A stretch of 64,000 nt of DNA from Octopus vulgaris (lineage: Eukaryota), in NCBI GenBank assembly GCA_951406725.2, contig OX597832.1, positions 19,034,001 to 19,098,000 on the forward strand, given 5' to 3'. Under the pieces are notes generated by a model. The model did not search any database. It had not been told where the DNA came from and saw only the letters and a list, made by a program, of their open reading frames with translations. Within the stretch, counting starts at the first letter, position 1; every line of letters begins with the position of its first letter. The position numbers and the translations under genes were made by a program. Below are positions 56,388 through 64,000 of the stretch, piece by piece.

Positions 56388-56602
56388 CTTTTCTACTCTA
56401 GCCACACGGCCCAAAATTTTGGGGGAGGGGTGCCAGTCGATTAGATCGACTCCAGTGCGCAACTGGTACTTAATTTATCGACCCCGAAAGGATGAAAGGC
56501 AAAGTCGACCTCGTCAGAATTTGAACTCAGAACGTAAAGACAAACGAAATACTTCTAAGCATTTCGGCCGGCGTTCTAACGATTCGGCCAGCTCGCCGCC
56601 TT
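56388..56602 (-). mobile_element. SINE family E
   Basis: Close match to the 17841-18073 core, with an alternative tail. Confidence 0.88.
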
Positions 56603-56644
56603 AGAACGAAAGGAATAATGCGAGATGTCACAAAAGTTAACACC

Positions 56645-56695
56645 TGTATTCCTGATGAATTCTTTAAAAGAAAAGACCACGAAACCGAGGATGCA
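56645..56695 (+). ncRNA. Degenerate hammerhead-like motif
   Basis: tgtattc-CTGATGA-...-GAAA-ccga-ggatgca. Stem I pairs with wobbles, but stem II is truncated and the UH site is lost. Confidence 0.35.
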
Positions 56696-57287
56696 ATCTG
56701 TCTCTCAATAAACTGAATGAAGCGTCTGTATTCGTTTTAAGGAACAATTAAAGACAGCCCTAACCAATAAGTGTTATGATTTGTTCACCATTGTCTATAA
56801 TGGTTTATAAGATTCTGAAGTATGAGAACAAGCATAACTGATGCACACCGAATCTGCCCACAAACTGATTCTGTTGTATAGAGGGAAACTTTAAAAAGCC
56901 TTACTACAGATGTTGAAATTTGAACCATTGACCATTGGACTTCAGTCAAGTTAGGGATGGTTTTAAAGCGCTGAGCTGGCATGCAAGTAGATATGATCAG
57001 GTGGAGTTTGCATGATAATGCACTTACTGATGACCTCCGAAGGTCATAAGGAAAACTTCGAGGTGAACCCTAATAGGTGGTAGAGAAGAATTCAGGAAAT
57101 AGAACAGAACAGGAAAAAATGTTAATATATTCTTGGAGCAAGGATCAACGAAATGTTTTCTGAACGATAAACAGCTGATGAAATCAGCTAAACGAAGCGG
57201 CAACAAGTTCGACCGAAACAGGTGACTGGAATAATGTTATGCAATCTTGTATCATGTATATGCATACATACATACATACGTACATAT

Positions 57288-57465
57288 AGGGAGAATTCAC
57301 AAAAAAAAAGACGAAGACAGGTGGTGTAGACAGCAAACAGATTTATTAGTATAACGTTCGGGAAGTGAAAAAGTCTTTAACGTTTCGAGCCTACGCTCTT
57401 CCACAGAAAGGAACACAGAAAGAAACAAGGAGAGAAAATAAAGAATGTGTAGTGGCTACCGATCT
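57288..57465 (-). mobile_element. PLE-like pseudo-LTR repeat family P1 with hammerhead-like motif
   Basis: Minus strand cttt-CTGTGGA-a-gagc-gtag-gctc-GAAA-c-GTT-aaag at 57375-57410. Confidence 0.7.
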
Positions 57466-58098
57466 AATGTTTCTTGGTGACTGTCGGAAAAAAGCAGTAC
57501 TCTATAGGTTTGTAGACATTGGTAATATTTGGGTTGCATCAATCTCTCGCTACTCTGAGTTACGTCTGTGAGTTTAGAGGCAAACTACGAAAACCTTCTG
57601 TGCCCCAAAATCTTTGTATTCGCATAGGCGAAACTGAGTATCTAGAGACTGACACGACAAATATATATATGTGTGTAGATGCATATGTTTATATAAAACA
57701 CGTACACTAGTGTATGTATATAAGTATATCAATATATATGCATGTATATATATATATATCGACATATATATATACACACATTAGTGTTCGTTTTTTAATA
57801 TAAACATATGCATCTACATATATGTGTGTATGTAAATATATGTCTTCATAAATATACGTATATATATACATTAGTCTTCAACATAATGGCAGACGCATAT
57901 GTGTGCCATAAAGAAAGAAAACTTTAAAAAAAAAACAAACAAGCAAACAAACAAACAAACAATTGTATAATTCACAAAAAAAGTAATATTAATGAATAAA
58001 AAAAATATGAATAAATAAATAACCCATTTATGACACATGAAAAATAAACGATGCAGAACTTTAGTCAGATACAGGCGAGTTTACTTTTATTTATCTTT

Positions 58099-58212
<114 letters not shown>

Positions 58213-58673
58213 GCATAAATCTATTTTTATTTAATTATTTATTTACTTATTAATTTTCTTTAAACTAGTTTACAATGTTAAGATGGTTTTAGAATTAAAA
58301 GACTGTAGAGTAGGATCGGCAAGCAACATGTAACTACCCCTCCATATACAGTACGTATTTTTAAGTTAAGCGTCATATATTTAATGCACGGAACCTTAAA
58401 AACACGATGGCATCTTCGTGCTTTCTTAAACATTCGCTGCAAATCCCCCGTCTGATTCGAACTTTAAAAAAATCATGGTGAAAGTGAGAATTTATGGGGT
58501 TTTAGTGGAAAAATCTTTGAATGATTTCGTTTTTGTATTTGGCTTGCCAGATTCTTTATGTGAATTCGTGTGTTGAGGCATATTTTATTGTATGAAGGGA
58601 GAGTCATTCTGATTTAATACGTTATTAACATACTCACCGGTTCGATTTCCACTCATCATCATATCTATATTTT

Positions 58674-58710
58674 CTAAGATTTTCGTTGCTTCTTGCAACC
58701 TCTTCAATAG
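58674..58710 (-). ncRNA. Hammerhead-like motif with U3 core variant
   Basis: Minus strand cta-TTGAAGA-g-gttgc-aagaa-gcaac-GAAA-atct-tag. Confidence 0.3.
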
Positions 58711-58947
58711 TCGATGGCTCTGCTCGTTAATTGAAATTGATAGCAAGAAATTTCACAGAGGTACTTTTGTGTTCGTGTTATCGTTGTTGTTAGGGGAAGT
58801 AGCCTTAAGTGTTTTACGCCTTACCTTTAGTTCTTGTTGTAAATGGTATTTTTTCCTATACCGTTTGTTTCTATGTGTTCTCATTGTTCTCATTGATTTC
58901 ATACAAATCCGAAGCGGTCAAAATGACCTATGGTAAAATGTTTTCTT

Positions 58948-59167
58948 ATTTCTTTACTGCCCACAAGGGGCTAAACACAGAGAGGACAAATAACGACAGA
59001 CAAACGGATTAAGTCGATTATATCGAACCCAGTGTGTAACTGGTATTTAATTTATCGACCCCGAAGGATGAAAGGCTATGTCGACCTCGGCGGAATTTGA
59101 ACTCAGAACGTAACGGCAGACGAAATACGGCTACGCATTTTGCCTGGCGTGCTATCCTTTCTGCCAG
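58948..59167 (-). mobile_element. SINE family E, full length
   Basis: Near-identical to 24341-24560. Confidence 0.9.
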
Positions 59168-59197
59168 ATTACCAAATGTTTACTAATCAGAGTGAAT

Positions 59198-59470
59198 GCG
59201 TGTGGCTTAGTATTTACGGTATTCAGCAAATGAACATAAAGTCGTGATTTTGATTCCTGGCGGCGCGTTATATCCTTGAGCAAGACATTTATCTCTCATA
59301 GCTCCAATCCACTCAGATAGCAAAATTATTTGTACCAGTAGGGCCACGCTGTATCTGTCTACATTATGATATGTTTGTTTTGGGGTGCACAACCACTTTC
59401 ACCTTAATTTCACTACCAAGCTGTTCGGTTGATCGAATTAAGTGGGACCCTCGTAGCCGTAACCGACGGT
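59198..59470 (+). mobile_element. Degenerate chimeric SINE: C-type head with B-type tail
   Basis: tccttgagcaagacattt..gctccaatccactcag, followed by ttaatttcac..gctgttcggttgatcgaat..accctcgtagccgtaaccgacgg. Confidence 0.65.
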
Positions 59471-59889
59471 CTAAGCATATGTGTATTCATTTTATTATCT
59501 AGAACTATATTTACCAGTGTTTCCTTACTGTTATTAGCAGTGTAGTGTGTCTCGAAAATGCCATTTTTTTAAGGATCGCCACAGTACTTTCCTCATAAAG
59601 TCGGGAGCAAGCTAGTGGGTTCACGTTACTTAGGTCTGGAGCTAGTGATAATAGTGACGATTTTTGCGGTGGAAGTGGAGGTGGTGGTGGTGGTAAAATG
59701 ATTTTTGCTACTGTTAGGGGAATGGTGGAGAGTTGACGATGATGCGTGTGTTTGTTCTGTCTGTGGGACAGCCGGTAGAGAAGTGATGTGTGGTCATCTA
59801 CATTGCTTCAGTAGTATTTTTGTTGGTGGTGCTGTGCTGTGCTGGTAGAATTAACATTCATGTTGTTGTTAGTGGAGATGGTGGTGATA

Positions 59890-59900
59890 GTGTTGTTGTT

Positions 59901-59932
<32 letters not shown>

Positions 59933-60012
59933 TGTTGTTGTTGTTGTTGCTGTTGTTGTTGTTGTTGCTGCTGCTGCTGCTGCTGTCGTCGTCGTCGTCG
60001 TTGTCGTTGTCG

Positions 60013-60082
<70 letters not shown>

Positions 60083-60100
60083 TTCTTCTGCTGCTGCTGG
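59890..60100. repeat. Compound (GTT/GTA/GCT/GTC)n microsatellite
   Basis: Direct tandem trinucleotide repeats. Confidence 0.96.
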
Positions 60101-60405
60101 TAGCGAAATGACGGTGTTGCTATGTACGCTGTTTTAGTAGTATTTTCGTGGGTGGTGTTTCTGCTGGTAGAATCAGCATTCATGTTGCTGTTAGTGAAGA
60201 TGGTGATGGTGGTGGTGGTAGTGTTGTTGTTGCTCTTGTTGTTGTTGATGGTGGTGGTGGTGGTGGTGACGACGAGGTTGTGGAGACATTCTGGGCGATG
60301 ATTTTGGATACGGTGGTTAATGACCTTTTATATTTGTGACACTTCACACCACAGCATATTTTGACCCGGTTAACCGACATTGAAAAATCAACATTTCTCA
60401 CTCAC

Positions 60406-60436
60406 CTTCTTTTCTCTTGTATATATTAAACAACAA
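60406..60436 (-). CDS. Candidate 31-nt internal exon
   Basis: Strong acceptor ttttgtccgcgtttttcaactccag| and consensus donor aag|gtgagt. Reads LLFNIYKRKE(G) in phase 0. Confidence 0.4.
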
Positions 60437-61374
60437 CTGGAGTTGAAAAACGCGGACAAAAATATGAATATTTTTTAATGGATTCTAGTATAGAATTGTG
60501 ACGAAGAACTTGCGTCACATTTACCAGTGCATGTATGTATGTGCGTGTATTTGTATACGGATAAATGTGTCACGTTACTTTCTTGATGTTGTTCATGTAT
60601 AGACAATCTTCAGATGTGACGAAACATAGGTGTATGCCACATTTCTGCAGCCACAACTTTACTCTAGTATACCAAGAATTGTTCAATGTTTTCTTCGCTT
60701 ATTAACCCAATAGCGTGTGATTACCAGGTGATGTGGCCGTTAATTCTAATAGGACAAGAATCTCCGTAAATACTGCCATGTTTCATGTAGGACAATCAGT
60801 GTTCTAACTCAATATTGTAAACCAACGATTGGAGTGAAAGGGTGACGAATTCTTGCTAAGGAAAAACACTACTTGTGTTCGACTAGCAGCTTCTCCCTAT
60901 GATTAGCAGTCGTCTTATTCTTTCTTTATATTACAGGACCTTTGGGAAACAAATCATTCTGTGTTTCTTTAGTTTACTGATGTATTTATTTGGACGATTT
61001 TTTTTTCTTGATTTCCCTTTACTTTTAGACAAAATATTTGCTAATTGTAACATCCGAAAACCGGTGTTTGTTTTACATGCGGTCACCAACCAGGGAGTGT
61101 TGATAAAACAAGATTAACTTTAACGAAACTGTTTATAAATGTCACTTGTTACATAACAGGAGAGTAGATAACAGGAATTAAATTAATGTTTACAAAAACA
61201 AAACAAAACTAAAAAGCAAGAGGATTTTAATCTTTATATACGCATTGTATTTACTAATTAATGAATTTTCTGTCTCTTGCGACAGTCGATTCATTAAACG
61301 TAAAACAAATAAAAATCATATATGTTCGAGGGTAAGTTAACGATTATGATTTGTTTCCGTTACGAAATAATAAC

Positions 61375-61558
61375 AAGGCGGGAGGGAACTAGTGGATTAC
61401 ATCGAACCGAGTTCTCCACTCGTACTTAATTTATCGAACCAGAAAGGATAATGGGTAAAGTCGACTTCACCGGAATTTAAACTCAGAACGTAGCGACGGA
61501 AAAAATATCGCTAAGCATTTCGTCCAGCTTGCTAACGATTCTGGCAGTTCACCGCCTT
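61375..61558 (-). mobile_element. SINE family E
   Basis: aaagtcgacttcaccggaattt.aactcagaacgt..gctaagcatttcg..gctaacgattctg..cgcctt. Confidence 0.8.
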
Positions 61559-61574
61559 AATAATAATAGTAGTA

Positions 61575-61651
<77 letters not shown>

Positions 61652-61705
61652 CGTTTAAAATTTTGCAACAAGGGCAGAAATTTTCTGGAGAGGGGATCAG
61701 TCGAT

Positions 61706-62052
61706 ATCCAACAGTAAACAAAATAAGATATAAAAACAAATGAGTTCAATACGCAAACAACAACAGAAACGAATGGAAATCAGGACAAGTAACATAAAGA
61801 ACGACCGTTCATCAGTTTTCGAGCTTTGCACGATATAAATCCCAAATTTCGTTTTAGTACTTATGGAAGCAAATGTCTTCGAAAACTCATTTTAAAGTTG
61901 TCGTTCAAAGCTCGAAATAAGGAGTAGATAAACAACCGACAACTGATGAAGGGTCATTCTTTATGTTACTTGTACTGTTTTCCATTTCTTTCTTTCCTTG
62001 TGTGCGTATCGAACTCATTAGTTTTCATATTGCGTGTTGTTTACTGTTGGTG
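61706..62052. repeat. Diverged head-to-head inverted repeat (about 110 bp arms), PLE-like
   Basis: ccaacagtaaacaa...acaagtaacataaagaacgaccgttcatcagtt pairs with aactgatgaagggtcattctttatgttacttgt...ttgtttactgttgg. Confidence 0.8.
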
Positions 62053-62098
62053 ATGTCCTGTACCCATATATGCATATCTCTCTCTCTCTCTCTCTCTG

Positions 62099-62160
<62 letters not shown>

Positions 62161-62164
62161 TATA

Positions 62165-63062
<898 letters not shown>

Positions 63063-63383
63063 GAATATATATACTTATATATGCATGTGTATGTGTCACT
63101 GTATGTTCATGCGCCCGTACCTTGCATGTGTGTTCATGTGTACCTGCGTGAGTGTATATGTTTATATTTTTATTACATTTGCTTAGAAACATATATGTTA
63201 CTATAAAATATATATATATAGATAAGTATATATGAGTCTGTGTTGCGGGGTATTTACACGCCCGTGCTCACATACACACACAACACACGCACACACACAC
63301 ACAAACACACATATATATATATACATGCATAGATAAACATAGGTTATATATATGTTTTAAACTCGCCAAGAAAAATTTTGAAA

Positions 63384-63440
63384 CCACCTGATGAATGACT
63401 GCGACTCAAAAAGACAGCAGGCAGGAAACGATCGTAGTGG
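63384..63440 (+). ncRNA. Minimal type-I hammerhead ribozyme-like motif at the head of repeat family P2
   Basis: ccac-CTGATGA-atgactgc..gcaggcag-GAAA-c-GATC-GTA-gtgg. Stem II pairs 6/8, and loop III is palindromic. Confidence 0.65.
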
Positions 63441-63559
63441 ATATTAATTATATTTTTTAATAATTGTTACATATTTAAATAATATAAATTAATCATATGT
63501 ATTGGCTTAAGTGTTTCATTGTTTGATTTGCCTAATAGTGGTTTTGTCTCTAATTTAAT

Positions 63560-63562
63560 ATA

Positions 63563-63633
<71 letters not shown>

Positions 63634-63776
63634 GTATATATGTATATATGTATGTATATTTGTATACATACGTAAAATATAAATATATACATATAAGCAT
63701 ACACAAATATATAGTAACAGACATGGAAAAACTTCGATTTATATATATATAAATATATAAATATATATATATATGA

Positions 63777-63862
<86 letters not shown>

Positions 63863-63880
63863 CATACATATATATATATT
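63560..63880. repeat. (TA)n-rich compound microsatellite
   Basis: Direct tandem repeats. Confidence 0.95.
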
Positions 63881-64000
63881 CAAGACGTCTGTCATGTACA
63901 GATATTAGCACGAGCAACCTCACGAAATATTGGCGTAATCAGAGACTGAAGGAATGTGAAGTCCACAAGACTGATTCACAGCTGATCTGACGCAGACGTA

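Noticed and set aside
60569-60620. Minus-strand gtcacat-CTGAAGA-ttg..caa-GAAA-GTA-acgtgac hammerhead-like string
   Set aside because: Stem III is absent, stem II is only 3 bp and there is no second copy. May be chance or a decayed copy.

Overview
AT-rich eukaryotic (animal) intronic or intergenic DNA, dominated by microsatellites and transposable elements. The microsatellite load and tRNA-derived SINE families resemble an Octopus genome (inference, not database-checked). There is no intact long protein-coding gene, and nearly all ORFs in the supplied track are microsatellite or SINE artefacts. Recognisable content: (i) at least five tRNA-headed SINE types (labelled A-E here, over 25 copies, several with clear target-site duplications); (ii) decayed non-LTR retrotransposons (R4/Dong in (TAA)n, CR1-like, RTE); (iii) Penelope-like element (PLE) remnants, including two GIY-YIG fragments; (iv) Tc1/mariner fragments, MITEs and non-autonomous Helitrons; (v) two tentative minus-strand host exons (60406-60436, 51072-51355). 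The most interesting signal is about nine minimal type-I hammerhead-ribozyme-like motifs with palindromic stem III, including core variants. They sit in microsatellite-embedded PLE-like repeats, and one is directly linked to a sequence that elsewhere forms long head-to-head palindromes. All calls are by eye, no alignment or folding was run, and boundaries of decayed elements are approximate.
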